A DNA stretch of 64,000 nt from Eledone cirrhosa (taxonomy: Eukaryota), in the NCBI GenBank assembly GCA_964016885.1, contig OZ024742.1:77252001-77316000 (forward strand), given 5' to 3'. The translations under genes were made by a program, and so were the position numbers. Each line of letters opens with the position of its first letter. Position 1 is the stretch's first letter. This document shows, piece by piece, positions 14,752-28,894 of the stretch. The notes beneath the pieces were generated by a model that made no database searches, was not told the DNA's origin, and saw nothing but the letters and a program-made list of their open reading frames with translations.

Positions 14752-16612
14752 TGTGTGTGAGCGTAACTGTATGAGTGTTTGTTGAAAGTTGTGTATCTAT
14801 GTTTGCGTCTGAATCTATTTTCCCATTTGTGTATGCCCTACAAATAAAAGGAAGGAATTTGAATTTGAAGTAATGTAAATCGAAATTGGTTGCATGAGAT
14901 TCTTCTCCGTGGAAATACACTGCAATATAAATACAAAGAATGCAATTCATATCATAATTTAATGTGAAAGCTACTATACAAATTATAAAAGGGATAGATT
15001 ATATTACATTTAGAATTTATTAGAAGACATTTATTACAAATGTATAAGAAATATGTAGTAAAAGAGGAATGTTTACTAAAACAAATATTTTTACAGTATA
15101 TGAGAATAACCGAGTGACTGCTTTCTAATTCTAAATATGATATTATAGTTTGAGGTGTCAGGCAGTCGTATGGGGAATGGACGAGAGAGCATGGGTGCAC
15201 ATATTAGAATGTAAAAGAAATACTGAAAATTATACGAAAAAATATTATCTTGGGAAATTGCAAATTCATAGACATAATAAATTGCAAATTCAAACATAAT
15301 AAATTTTGCTTGAACCAGAATATAACGAAAGTTCTATTGTCGTAGAATATAAAATAGGTTTTCAGAATGTGCACGATTTGAAGAAAATGAAAAATTGGTT
15401 GTTGCTGGAGTTTCCATATTAAGCATAAGAGAATAAACATGCAGCGGCAGTAAAAGAAATGATAGGAAGGATAAGGTTTTTTTTTTTAATGTAACGTGAC
15501 TATAATTTTCATATATTCAAATTCATTGATATTAGGATATTATGGCATATATTATAAATATTATCACCACAAACGATCGGAGAAATTCTAATCGAAGTAT
15601 ATATTTTGTAATTTTAAGACAGATATATTGAAAATATAAAGCTCTGTAACTAATGGCAGAGACAACGATGAAACGTATACGAGGAAGAAGTATTGGGAAC
15701 ATGGTAAAGCGTATGATGCGAATATATACCTTAACACACTCTCATGATTTGCACTCACGCAACATATAGAAATAGAAATAAATAGATTAAAAAGAATACT
15801 TTGATTGTTATGAAAAAGAAAACTGCAAAAAAATTAATCCGTAACATAACACTGATTAGGCCCATCCCTAAATCGCCTCAATTGGTTTTGCAATTATATC
15901 GCACAATAGAATTAAGTCTATTGTTAATAACAATAGGCAAAGTGTAGGTATGAATGTAAACATTATTTGAAGAATAGGTTTTATAAAAATAAAATGAATA
16001 TGGACACAAAGAGAAATATAAGGTTTCACAACATTGTATGCTCTATTATAAACAAGGCAAATGAGTGAAGCGTACATTGTATTTTATAACAGAACTTATA
16101 AACTACATGTGCTGCACAACATATTACTTAAAATATACAGCCATCTCCCAATAAAATAAGATATTTAGATATACCACTTAGTATACAGAATGACAACAAT
16201 TTAATATCACAACCAAAAGAACACAACTCAAGACAGCCAAACGCTCATAAATATAGATATTTAAAAATGATACTATAACATATTCCATACAACTTTCAGA
16301 ACTTTTACATTTGATATAATAAACAATCGTGTCAATATACTATACGACATCTACTACAAAACATATGTAGACAACTGACGAAATATTATATTAACATCAA
16401 CAACTTGGTGAAAGAGGAAAGCGACGATATCGACCCAGTAATTAACTGGTACTTTATATTAGTTAGTTCGGAAGGATGAAATGCAAATTGGACCGCGGTG
16501 GATAACGAAATCAGAACGTAGTCGTGCGTAACTACATGCCACAAAGCATTTTATTCAACACTGTACGAATAATGCTAAACGATCAACCTGGATGATATGA
16601 TAATACAACGTT

Positions 16613-16802
16613 AGCGGTGCATTGGCAGTATCGGTAGAGGGTCTGACGCCATGCTTTGCAGCGAAGAGTTATGGCCCTTTATGGTCTGAGTTCAAATCCC
16701 GCCGAGGTTAACTATGCCTTTCATCCTTACGAGGTCGATAAAATAAAGCACCAGTAATACACTGGAATAATTGCTGGCATAGTGCCAAAAGTAGAAACAA
16801 TT
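16613..16802 (+). mobile_element. SINE family 1 copy
   Basis: Colinear with 2817-3003. Confidence 0.85.
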
Positions 16803-18949
16803 AATTAGCAAATGTTCACTTCATTAATCGTCTTTCAAAAACATTCCTTACACATACAGGATTCTTTATGGAGTTATCCTCACAATAACCATTTACCATT
16901 GCCTCATAATTTTAAGACACCGTGCATGTACAATGAAACGGAAAGAATCACTACGTGTTGGAGAATTTGAATATTTTATAGTATTAATCCAACGCGTTTG
17001 AAGAAAATGTTTCATATGAATGCAATTGACATATATGATCGTTCATAGCTTGTACATGATCAAACACCCAAACATACAAGCACAAAACATAAAGCCATAC
17101 GCACACACACGCGCACACACACACACATACACACGCACACACACATTCACACTCACGCACACACACATTATATATACAGTAACAAAAGAAATTGAATTAT
17201 ACACTATTGATTTTTCTATGTGGCATGTTGATTAACGTCTTCACATATTGAAATATTTAATCCTCATCTTGCATCACGTTTTGTGTTCAGTTTTGTAGAA
17301 GAGAGGTAGAACAGATTACTAGTTGTATGAGCACATGTCATCCTCAAACGGATTACTAATGTAATCATACGGTATTATTATAAAGTCAAGGCTAAAATAG
17401 ATCTTAGTCTTGGTTTATAGAAAGACACATTTTTATGATTCTCAATATATTCTAGATTACGGGCATACATAGATTGAGAGAGCACGGGTGTTAAGCTAAT
17501 ATCTATTGCTTTTATTTGAAGTTATTTCCAATTCATTACTGGGTCCAATTCAATTTCTGTCCACAAATTTGATCACACATTCTATGTTCACACACACTTA
17601 TACATTCATATCATTTCAACTAAAACTCGAATGTTTACATGCTGCTCATATATAGTTCTAACGTGTTTATTTATATTGTTATCTTCCAGTTTAACATTAC
17701 ACCACAAGCTATCTGATGATGAAAAAATTATGATGTGATATCATATATGCCAAATTTATCATTTTTATTGTATTAATGATTTAGCTTGTATTACTAGTCG
17801 GCATATTTTTAAGAGTATGCTATCTCCATTGATTCGAAATCATTACAAGCTCAGATTTACATATTATCGATGCAGATAGAAAATAGATGCCGAGTCACTT
17901 GAACGGAAACTAAGCGGGTTTGTCTATAAATACTTGAAGTTATCTTTGCCAAGTCACCGTGTTTATAACATGACTATAACACAGCCCAATACAGAGAAAT
18001 GAAAATCAAATAAGGTGAATGTATAAACAACAATAAATACATAAATATTAAACAATAATAAGCCAATCACTTACTTTTTGAAGAATAGTTGATAAACAAA
18101 TATATAATATTATGTATCAAAATATTGTCAAATTCTGCAAGAAAAAAAAACAATAGTTAATTTTCTATAAAGTGCAGCGTTGTCTTTTTATAGCTGCAGC
18201 GTTAACATAAATTGTTACAGCACTTAATCGAAAAATATTTCTGCAATCATGTATAATTAATAATTAACCAATTATCCTTCATTATATGTGAACGTTGGCA
18301 CGAGTATTCACAGAATATTTATAACAAAATGCTAATTAATTAAATTACGTTGGACTCATGGTTAATATATATAGAGACATACACACATGCCTGATATGTA
18401 GAGACATACACACACACACACGTACCCACATATGCCTGAGTGTATGGGTACGTGTGTGTGTATATATGTGTATGAAAAGACGGCAGATTGGCAGTTCTTC
18501 ATGAGTAGCGCACATCATTTTGTGTCACTAAATATGTATTAATCTCATGCCTTAATCTCATGCCTTTCATTTTTATTTTAAGTGGATGATGATAAACTGC
18601 CGAATTCTAGTGTCGGCTCAGTCTGAAGTTCAGTTTATTGCCATGGACGACTGATCCTCATGTTATTGCAATTATTTCAACACCAATAATAGACGTCTAT
18701 GTCAAATTTACGGCTCATTGTGGGAACGCAATATTACTGATATATTTCCGAACACACATGTGGCAATAAAATATCTTATAGTGTCGCGTATTTCATCTTA
18801 TATCATGTATTTAATATTAGAAACAGAAATACTTAATACCATTAATGTAACCTATTCATTATCTGTTGCATTTAAAAAAAAACAAATAAGATCAACAAGA
18901 GTGAGTATTGTCACGACTTCTTTTCAGAACCTTCATGAACTCCATTGAT

Positions 18950-20410
18950 ATGCACAGCCGGGTTGGATAGTCATCAAAACCGGCGAATGTAGGTTGAGTC
19001 AGCTGGAATGTAGGTTGAGTCAGCTGTAACATTACGCCGTGCTGAAGGCAGTGAATCTCGCACTCAATCGGGACTGCACATTAGAGAGATCCATACTGAT
19101 TTGGCCACTGTAATCGGAATGTGTGAGATCAGTGCTTACCAGCAAGAGGAGTGTATGAATGAGAAGTGCAGTATTGATGGTAATAATTTGCCGCCTGAGA
19201 ACTGAGAGAGCTGGCTGCTGAGATTGCCCTTAATTTGAGTGTAAACTTTCTGCCTTCGGGAAAATCCTGGCTAAAAGTGCGAGAAGATGCGGCAAAGGGG
19301 CTAACTGCAGTGTGTCGGCTGAGTGACGCAGAGGTAAAGAGGTTGCGTGCCATGCATCATATGGGAGTGGATAGGACTCTGTTCCTCGCCAAGGAGGTCG
19401 ACCCGACGTTACCAGACAGTCTCTTGATCCAGGCCTGCACGAGGCGTGTAACAGGCCGGTGGAGCACAACTGCAATCTATTGGCAGTGGATGTAACAGAA
19501 TACCGTCAGGTGACGTATCTCTCGATGGTAGATTGTGGGCCGGGAAGAATTGCAATACTGAATGAGATAAAAAGGGTGACTGCGGAGGAAATCGCACGGA
19601 CGCTGAAACAAATATTCTTGGAGCAGAGCCATGTGGAAGAACTATTCGTGTATAACAGCACGGCATTTCGCTCGGAGGTAGTAAATGAAATGCTCGATGG
19701 GTGGAATGTGAGTCGCTTCTTCACACAGGCATACGGGCCGAATGGAAATAGAATCATAGAGAGATACAACCACACGATCAATGGCCTGGTGGAGAGGGGA
19801 CGCATTTCACCAATAGAGGTAGTGTTCTGACACATTGTGTCGCCTGGGTTGGCACAGGCTGATGAGTCGATGCCACACACGGCGACATATACATATGAAT
19901 GTCGACATCCGTATGCGTTATTATAGTGGCCTATGGAAGAGAGAGAGAATGAGTTACTGCAAGTGGGCGAGGAAGTCTGGGTCAACCCAGCAAATGTGCG
20001 CAGTAAAATTAAATGGGGAAAAACAAAAGCAACTGCTATAAATTCCCAAATCAACGAGATTATGGACGGAATGCACGCCACGCCATGGATGTCCGCAGAA
20101 TCATTGATTTGACGGAATTCGGAGAAGAGGAGAACGCAACTCACCGAAGTGGTGACAGACTTTGAAATGAGGTGAGACGATGGAATATTTGATGGTGGGC
20201 GTGTCGGAGGTGCAGAGAAGGTCTCGCTGTAAGAAATGCCCACAAACAACAGTGGAAAGAATGTGTTGCAGTGGATGTCCAAGAAAAACTGAAAGTAACT
20301 GGAAGTGACTGAAAGTGACATGACGACGTTATGTACCAAAGGAGGGACGGATGTTGTGGTGAAGAGGATACGTCCATGTCATACAATCAATAAGAAGCGG
20401 ATTTAAAACA
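18950..20410 (+). mobile_element. Ty3/Gypsy-type LTR retrotransposon remnant (RNase H, integrase, PPT, start of 3' LTR)
   Basis: EIHTDLATV; HHMGVDRTLFLA; LAVDVTEY..YLSMVDCGPGR..NSTAFRS..NGNRIIERYNHTI; purine tract AAAGGAGGGACGGA followed by TGTTGTGG at 20352; stops and frameshifts present. Confidence 0.8.
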
Positions 20411-20417
20411 TTGGTGT

Positions 20418-20461
<44 letters not shown>

Positions 20462-20492
20462 TTATACACATACACACACATATATATATATA

Positions 20493-20633
20493 TGAGATGT
20501 GAGAAAAACCACAGACCCTCCATCTCAACTCTACTTTTGAAAAGCAGAAGAACTGCGAAACCTGTAAAGGAACCAAATAAATATATATATATTTTTTTAA
20601 ATAAGACTCCAGTTGCATTTGCGATTTCATTAT

Positions 20634-20711
<78 letters not shown>

Positions 20712-21121
20712 CAGACTCAATTTAAGAATAAATCAAGAAAGTAAATACAAACCGGATTGTGGTAACTACCAATCACCCAGACAGCTTTGATAATGCCGTT
20801 CCGCAAAATTAATTGTGAAGAGGAATAACAATTCTTGCTCATCAGCGGGTGAAGAATTATTAGTATCCTGGTCACTTCTAAGTATATTAAAAAACTAAAT
20901 AGTGTTCGTATATATAATAACGAACATTGTATCTGAACTTAGCGTGTCTCACAAACTCACGCCACTAAAAAAAGCAGCCAGGTTTACTCGACATTTGAAT
21001 TAGCTCAACAAATCAACGGAGCCGAATATTTCAAATGTATATATTGAGTAGGAAACTCAAAATAGAATCTTACAATAAAATAGCTCTAGGAAAGAGATTT
21101 TTCCGAGCCGATATATACTTT

Positions 21122-21212
<91 letters not shown>

Positions 21213-21370
21213 TATATATATATAAAGAAAAAAAGTTGAAATAGAAAATGCAACAGGAGTCTTATTTTTAAAAAAAATATATAATTATTTGGTTCCTTTA
21301 CCGGTTTCGCAATTCTTCTGCTTTTCAAAAGTAGAGTTGAGATGGAGGTTCTGTGGTTTTTCTCACATCT
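20493..21370. repeat. Inverted pair of PLE-like terminal repeats with a variant HHR core
   Basis: 20493-20625 is the reverse complement of about 21240-21370. Confidence 0.7.
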
Positions 21371-21970
21371 GGTTGGTCTCTGAATGTTACTTGTTTTATA
21401 TGGAAAAAGTGGCTCGAAATGCCAGGTTTTTCGAGAAGTAATTTGATTGGTTGGTCAATAATTATAATAAATTTCGCACCAGTTCGCGTTACAAAGTTCT
21501 TCAAACAAGGGGGTGGGGTGGGTGGGTGGAGGAGGTCACAGGTTGTTTTTTTCATATATGAGTGTTTGAATTTCTTTTTACTTAAAAAAGGGGGCTCACG
21601 AAGGCTTTTTTTTAAATAAACGTAATTTGATTGGTTATAAATGAAATTATGGCTGTCACGTGAACAAGTTTTCATTAAATTTTCGCGCCCTTATTTGGAA
21701 ATCCATTCTGTAGCCTTTTTAGAGAATTTTATGATAAGTCAAGCGAAATGGGATGGGGGAATTGTTCTGGTTCAGTGAATATGGTTAGTTCGCTGGGTGT
21801 CAGAATTCAGATTTTCTATTGAATAAAGAAAGTAAAGATATGTATGTTTATTTGTGTGCTTGTGTGTGTGCTTGTGTGTGTGTGTGTGTGTTGTGTGTGT
21901 GTGTTTGAATTTATTTTTACTTAAAAAAAAGGGGCTCACGAAGGCTTTTTTAAAATATATATATATATAT

Positions 21971-22242
21971 ATTATTAGAAATGTAAGCTATCGCCGTATA
22001 TTGACTAAAGAAATTAAAGAAATTATTTAGCCTAATAGGGGTGTTAAGAACCCTCGGAGAAATGGAAAAAGATGAGTATTGACGTACATGTACGTCAATA
22101 CTCATCTTTTTCCATTTCTCCGAGGGTTCTTAACCCCCCTATCAAGCTAAATAATTTTTTTAATTTCTTTAGTCAATATACGGCGATAGCTTACATTTCT
22201 AATAATTTCAAACCCACTCGCTGTTTCGAAAATATTCTTACA

Positions 22243-22245
<3 letters not shown>
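21971..22245. repeat. Near-perfect palindrome, arms about 118 bp, no spacer, with a one-sided tail
   Basis: Centre GACGTACATGTACGTC near 22089; (TA)n on both sides. Confidence 0.85.
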
Positions 22246-22315
<70 letters not shown>

Positions 22316-22581
22316 AATAAATTAACGGAGCCATAGACTCTCGCAATTCCATGTGAGTAATGTGCTCAAAGGAGAAGGAATCCCGAGCTCTTTATAATAA
22401 AATATGTTGAAAAGATAACACACTAGAGAGAGATAGTGCGCCACAAATCAAACAGGGAAAAACATCCAGTGTATGGAATCTATAGCCCAGTGTATGGAAT
22501 CTATAGCCCAGGGCAGAGTAGACACACAGTAATTAAACATATAAATTAAAGTGTAAATACATACTTCGATACCTATCTAAC

Positions 22582-22664
22582 ACACACGTACAAATCCAAA
22601 AAGATCTGTTTCGCCAAGTAGGTTGTTGACAGAAATGATTAGCACATGTTTCATCAGCGTGTGT
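22582..22664 (-). ncRNA. Type I hammerhead ribozyme with complete stem III
   Basis: ACACACG-CTGATGA-..GCTAA..TTGGC-GAAACAGATCT(TTTT)GGATTTGTA-CGTGTGT. Confidence 0.75.
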
Positions 22665-22927
22665 AAGGCTATACATTTCAGACAACTCTAAGAGAATCTA
22701 AAGCGACCGTCCAGCCACACGTGGGAGAGAGAATTCATAGCGAGCCGACGGCAGTAACCAATGGCCTCTGAGGGACGAGCTGCTAGAAAGGGCAGCCCAA
22801 ATCACTCAGAGAAGTGTGTTCAACCAAACAGAGAGAGATGAAAGACTGTTATAAGGAGCGAATTATGCCACGTGTGGCTGGACGGTCGCTTTAGATTCTC
22901 TTAGAGTTATCCGAAATGTATAGCCTT

Positions 22928-23010
22928 ACACATGCTGATGAACCATGTGCTAATCATTTCTGTCAACAACTTATTTAGCGAAACAGATCTTGTTGGATTA
23001 GTACGTGTGT
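22928..23010 (+). ncRNA. Type I hammerhead ribozyme, mirror copy
   Basis: ACACATG-CTGATGA-..GCTAA..TTAGC-GAAACAGATC..GATTAGTA-CGTGTGT. Confidence 0.7.
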
Positions 23011-23595
23011 GTTAGATAGTTATCGAGGTATGTATTTACACTTTAATTTATATTTTTAATTATTGTATTTCTACTCTGCCCTCTATGGGCTATAGATTCC
23101 ATACACTGGATGTTTTTCCCTGTTTGATTGACGGCACACTATCTCTCTCTAGTGTGTTATCTTTTCTACATATTTTATTATAAAGGGCTCGGGATTCCTT
23201 CTCCTTTGAGCACATTACTGACAGGGAATAGCGAGAGTCTATGGCTCCGTTGATTTATCGTGATATTTCGCTCCTTATAACAGTCTCTCCTCTCTCTCTG
23301 TTTGGTTGAGCACACATCTCTGAGTGATTTGGGCTGCCCTTTCTAGCAGATTGTCCCTCGACTTTAAGATGGACTTCTAAATCATTTAGGGTTTTCCATA
23401 AACTACATCCTCGTTCTGTTTCTCATCTATCTAGACATTATTTTAACCTGTAATCTGTTTTATTTCTGTTGCACTCCATTGTCTCCCTTCTCTCTCTTTC
23501 TCTATATGATATTTGAATCTACTATGATTTGAGCTTACTTTATTTATATATACATGTTTTTGCATGTCCGGTTCAAACGTACAATGATTGCCATT

Positions 23596-23628
<33 letters not shown>

Positions 23629-23629
<1 letters not shown>

Positions 23630-24255
23630 GTGTGTCAGAAAAGTTCCAGGACTGATGTCACAAAAGATTTATTTCAAACTCAAACTTCACACTAAGAGTT
23701 TTCTTCTTCAAAGTAATCCCCCTGGAGTCCAATGCCATTTTCCATCCTTTTCTGCCACGCTTGCATGCACTCCTGGAAGGATTCTTCCGGGGTCCTCCGC
23801 ATTTCTGTCGTGACGGCCTTTTTGATGTCGTCCACCTCTTCAATACGGGTCCCCTCCGGGTCGTACTCGAAGATCCATGACTCATCACCGGTGATGGCTG
23901 TCCCTAGCAAGTCTGGTTCGGTCTCAAGACGCTCGAGGAGGCCCTGGCACACTTGCATGCGTCGACCCTTCTGGTCATCGTTCAGCAGTTTTGGCACCAT
24001 CTTCGCGCAGACTTTCCGCATGTCCAAATCTTCAGTGAGAATCTTCCAGACGCTGTCCCAATTCATGCCCAGCTCATTTGCCATCAGTCGAACAGACAGC
24101 CGACGATCGCTACACACCATCTGCCTTAAGCGTTCAACGTTGACCTCAGTCCTGGTTATTGAGGGCCTTCTGCTCCTGGGGTCATCTTGTACCAGTCAAA
24201 AACACGTGAGCGTTACATCGTCTAATCTCCATACAATTGCTGCAGCAATCCCACC
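23629..24255 (-). mobile_element. Partial tandem duplicate of the mariner element (one TIR)
   Basis: Colinear with 24271-24897; ORF 23692-24120 contains ITGDESWIFEYDPE. Confidence 0.85.
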
Positions 24256-24270
24256 GATGATATATATATA

Positions 24271-25155
24271 CGAGGTGTGTCAGAAAAGTTCCAAGACTGA
24301 TGTCACAAAAGATTTATTTCAAACTCAAACTTCACACTAAGAGTTTTCTCCTTCAAAGTAATCCACCTGGAGTATAATGCACTTTTCCATCCTTTTCTGC
24401 CACGCTTGCATGCACTCCTGGAAGGATTCTTCCGGGATCCTCCGCAGTTCTGTCGTGACGGCCTTTTTGATGTTGTCCACGTCTTCAATACGGGTCCCCT
24501 CCAGGTCGTACTCGAAGATCCATGACTCATCACCGGTGATGAATGTCCCTAGCAAGTCTAGTCCGGTTTCAAGACGCTCGAGGATGTCCTGGCACACTTG
24601 CATGCGTCGACCCTTCTGGTCCTCGTTCAGCAGTTTTGGCACCATCTTCGCGCAGACTTTCCGCATGTCAAATTCTTCAGTGAGAATCTTCCAGACGCTG
24701 TCCCGATTCATGCCCAGCTCATTTGCCATCAGTCGAACAGGCAGCCGACGATCGCTAGGGACCATCTGCTTTAAGCGTTCAACGTTGTCCTCAGTCCTAG
24801 ATGTTGAGGGCCTTCTGCTCCTGGGGTCATCTTGCACCACTCAAAAACACGTGAGCGTGACATCGTCTCATCTCCATACACTTGCTGCAGCAATCCCAGT
24901 GCTTCTGACGGAGTTTTCCCCAACCGTACCAGAAAATTCAAGTTTCTTAGTTGCTCTGTGCTCATTGCTTGACGACCTGAAACAGAGCACATGTATATAA
25001 AATTATGAAGAAAACAGTTTCATCGCTGCAGAAAGCTAAGATTACAGTTACATTCTCTAGGGGATTACTTTGAAGGAGAAAACTCTTAATGTGAAGTATG
25101 GGTTTGAAATAAATCTTTTGTGACATCAGTCCTGGAACTTTTCTGACACACCTCG
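24271..25155 (-). mobile_element. Tc1/mariner (mariner-type) transposon, internally deleted
   Basis: TIR CGAGGTGTGTCAGAAAAGTTCC at both ends with flanking TA; transposase motifs DDPRSRRPST, DRRLPVR, KMVPKLL, ITGDESW; no YSPDLAP motif. Confidence 0.92.
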
Positions 25156-25247
25156 TATATATATATATAGACATATATATATTTATATATATGTACGTAT
25201 ATGCACGCATGTGTATATGCATGTGTATATATGTTTGTATGTGTGTG

Positions 25248-25331
<84 letters not shown>

Positions 25332-25539
25332 CTACTGTCGCGTAGAGAGTGTGATTGACTCAGTGCCCAGTCTTTCCTCACTTTAAAAAATATATTCACG
25401 CACAGGCAGTGCACGATAGTATTAATTAATAATTATTAATAATGGTATATCGCCCAATGGCCATACTCGTTAACGAGGGGGCAGCCATCATATATATATA
25501 TATATAAATATGTATATATATGTGTATGTGTATGTATAT

Positions 25540-25935
25540 TGATTGCCCGCTATCCGGGAAATGCCTCTCTAGTAACATTGTCTACAAATGTAAGGTTGTA
25601 ACACCCACGTCCCGTAGGGCTTACATAGGGTTAACCGCCAATAGATTCAAGCAGCGTCTTTACATGCATACCAATTCTTTTCGTTACCCTCTAAGAAGGA
25701 ATATGACGTCACTTTCAGCTTACATCTGTAGTCTAAAAGACAACCACAACCAATATAAGTTACACTGGGAGATCCTAGCTAGGGCTAGATCGTATAACGG
25801 AAATAAAAGACCATGTGACTTCTGCGCCGCTGAGGCCCTGGAAATACTCTACGCCACAGACCACATCTTAACCAAAAAATCTGAGGCAATTTCGGCTTGT
25901 AAACATAAATTCCACAAAACTTTCCTGTATTACAG
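25540..25935 (+). pseudogene. PLE GIY-YIG endonuclease remnant
   Basis: CPLSGKCLSSNIVYKCKV...AYIGLTANRFKQRLYMH...CDFCAAE...CKH. Confidence 0.88.
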
Positions 25936-26317
25936 TCCCACGTTATACCCTAACGGAGAGTACGATCTATACGTGGATATTTTACGTCTTGATGTGGGAG
26001 CTAAGTATATGTTTTGCATAGCCAGCGAACGTTTCCACGAACCAAAGTATTGTCTTCCTGTCTTCCTCCGGTTGCAACGTTGTTTGAAATATCCAGTTCT
26101 GCGTTTACAGATTGACTTTGTTAGTTTCAGAAGATCCCGTTAAGGGTAAAAGCAGCGATTATTTGCTTAAACTTTAATCTGATATTTTAATAAATATATA
26201 TATATAAATATATATATATATACACATGTGTATATATATATATACGTGTTATATATATAGATGTATGTGTATGTATGTGTGTATATATATATATACACTT
26301 ATCAGTTGAATATTACT

Positions 26318-26495
26318 TGGATAGTCAAGGAATATTCAACTGATACGGTATGTTTTCCTTGGCTATGTCAAAATTTATAAAACACTCTTTGTATTTTATC
26401 TGATGAAAGCGTACCAAACTTTTTGGTACCCTTGAAATATATATAATAGAATAAATATTGTTTTATAAATATAGTTTCCATTTATTTAATATCAT

Positions 26496-26497
<2 letters not shown>
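26318..26497 (+). mobile_element. Family A PLE terminus with HHR (26393-26452)
   Basis: ATTTTATCTGATGAAAGCGTACCAAA...TTTGGTACCCTTGAAATATATATAATAGAAT; short hairpin at 26319-26345. Confidence 0.7.
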
Positions 26498-26556
<59 letters not shown>

Positions 26557-26619
26557 ATGTATGTATACGTATGTATGGATGCACACATATATATGTATAT
26601 GTCTCTCTCTCTCTCTCTC

Positions 26620-26676
<57 letters not shown>

Positions 26677-26679
26677 CTC

Positions 26680-27590
26680 CCGTCTGATCTGTGTGAAATC
26701 CTTTTCTCGCTCACATTTCACAGGGACTGGACGTGTGTTCTCTTCTCGTCCATGATTTGATTGAACTTAAGTTCACCGATATCATGGACTTGCTTCTCTT
26801 CTTCCTCTCTTTCCGTTGCTATTACCATCTCTGTTTGTTTGCATGTCTCGCTTTCTACACCCTGTTCTACCTGTTCCAATAACGTTTTTTAGTTATTTCT
26901 CGCACCACCCTGAGGTATATGCTCTTTAATACGAAGAAATACCAATGATGGTTGAAAGATCCCTGATGACGGACAGCTCTGTCTTCTTGTTCTAATTTTA
27001 TTCATATGTATCCCATTTGCAACAACGCAGCAGGCCATTTTTCATTTAGATTTTTCTCTCTGCTATGACCAACTGTTTCTTTCTTAGTGCTATCCTCTTT
27101 CTCTCTCCTTGTATCTATTACCTTCATTCACCCCCTCTGCCAGTCACCCTCTCTCGGCTAGCCTCTTCCCCACACTTTCACTCACTCACTCTCTGCTACT
27201 CCCCTCTCTCACTTCCTCCCGTCTGAGCTGTCTGAAATCCTTTTCTCGCCCACATTTCACAGAGTCTGGGCGTGTCTTCTCTTCTCGTCCACGATTTGAT
27301 CAAACTTAAGTTCACAGATATCACGCACTTGCTTCTCTTCTTCCTCTCTTTCCGTTACTATTACCATCTCTGTTTGTTTACATGTCTCGCTTTCTACACC
27401 CAATGCTACCTGTCCCAATACCTTTTTTTAGTTATTGCTCGCACCAGCCTGAGGTATATGGTCTTTAATGCGAAGAAATCCCAATGATGGCTGGAAGATC
27501 ACTCATGACGGACAGTCCTATCTTCTTGTTCTAATTTTATTCATATGTATCCCATTTACAACAACGGAGCACGCCATTTTTCATTTATAT
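26680..27590 (+). repeat. Tandem non-coding repeat family D
   Basis: 26677-27050 is repeated at 27215-27590, period about 540 bp. Confidence 0.75.
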
Positions 27591-27619
27591 TTTTATATTT
27601 TTATATTTTTATATTTTTA

Positions 27620-27905
<286 letters not shown>

Positions 27906-27946
27906 CGAAACATAAGTCAATTGCATGAACTCATAATCCTTTATTT

Positions 27947-28012
27947 ACTGCTATATATATATAGATATATTTCGATTATAGCCATTGAATGGATATGACG
28001 TCATCAGGCAGT
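27947..28012 (-). ncRNA. Hammerhead ribozyme downstream of a PLE ORF
   Basis: ACTGC-CTGATGA-...-GAAA-TATATCTATATATA-TA-GCAGT; stem I ACTGC/GCAGT. Confidence 0.65.
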
Positions 28013-28733
28013 TAGTCAGTTCTTAGATATGCCAGCTCTGTGTTTATAGTGTTGATGGTATCAGAGCCTTGGGACATATGAGCTTGTTAGGAATAATTTA
28101 ATGTTGTCAGCACGAATAGTCCTAATTCTCATTGGTCAGTTTGTAGATGCTAGTATGGTTGGTATTTGACCTCAAAGAGGCAGGTGGTGTTGTAGAGTTC
28201 AAACCGTAATGCAAGATGGCTGATCTTCACAAAAAGCATTCCTGGTCAAATATATATTCAATTAAGGTTAATAGTATGAAATAGATACTACACGTCATTC
28301 TTAAATTGAGGAATGTATGTGGAGTGGTGCTACTGAAAATTATGGTTACAGTAGAAAATTTACAAATAAAAAGACTTATGTAGGTTGGCTTGCACGTACA
28401 CTCACACCCACCTCCACAGACAGCACACACATCCACACATACAAATTGAGGAATTAATGCGGTGCGGTAATACTTAAAATAAAGGTTAGAGTCCTATACT
28501 TAGATAGTTTAGAAAATTTAGAAATAAAAGGCTTATGTTGGTTGACTTGTCCATACACTCACACCTACCCCCTCATACACACCCACATCTACACACACAA
28601 ATCCATACAGGTGTGTATATATATATAAAATACATATATATATATATATATATAAAATACATATATATATATATACATACATATACATAAAATACACATG
28701 TATACACATATAAAACATATATATATATATATA

Positions 28734-28789
<56 letters not shown>

Positions 28790-28894
28790 CAGGTTCAATA
28801 AAACGTGGTTTTGATGACTCCTAACCAGTAAAGGATCCGGTGGACCATCCACCATAGGGACCACAAATTATGGGTGGTTGTTGTTGTCCATTGG

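Larger units (their letters stand above)
22311..23600. mobile_element. Non-coding inverted duplication carrying two full hammerheads
   Basis: 22311-22724 is inverted against 22869-23263, and 22770-22861 against 23267-23358. Confidence 0.8.

Noticed and set aside
19506-20339. 277-aa minus-strand ORF
   Set aside because: Antisense shadow of the Gypsy integrase remnant
23732-25000. Two plus-strand ORFs of about 200 aa
   Set aside because: Antisense to the mariner transposase
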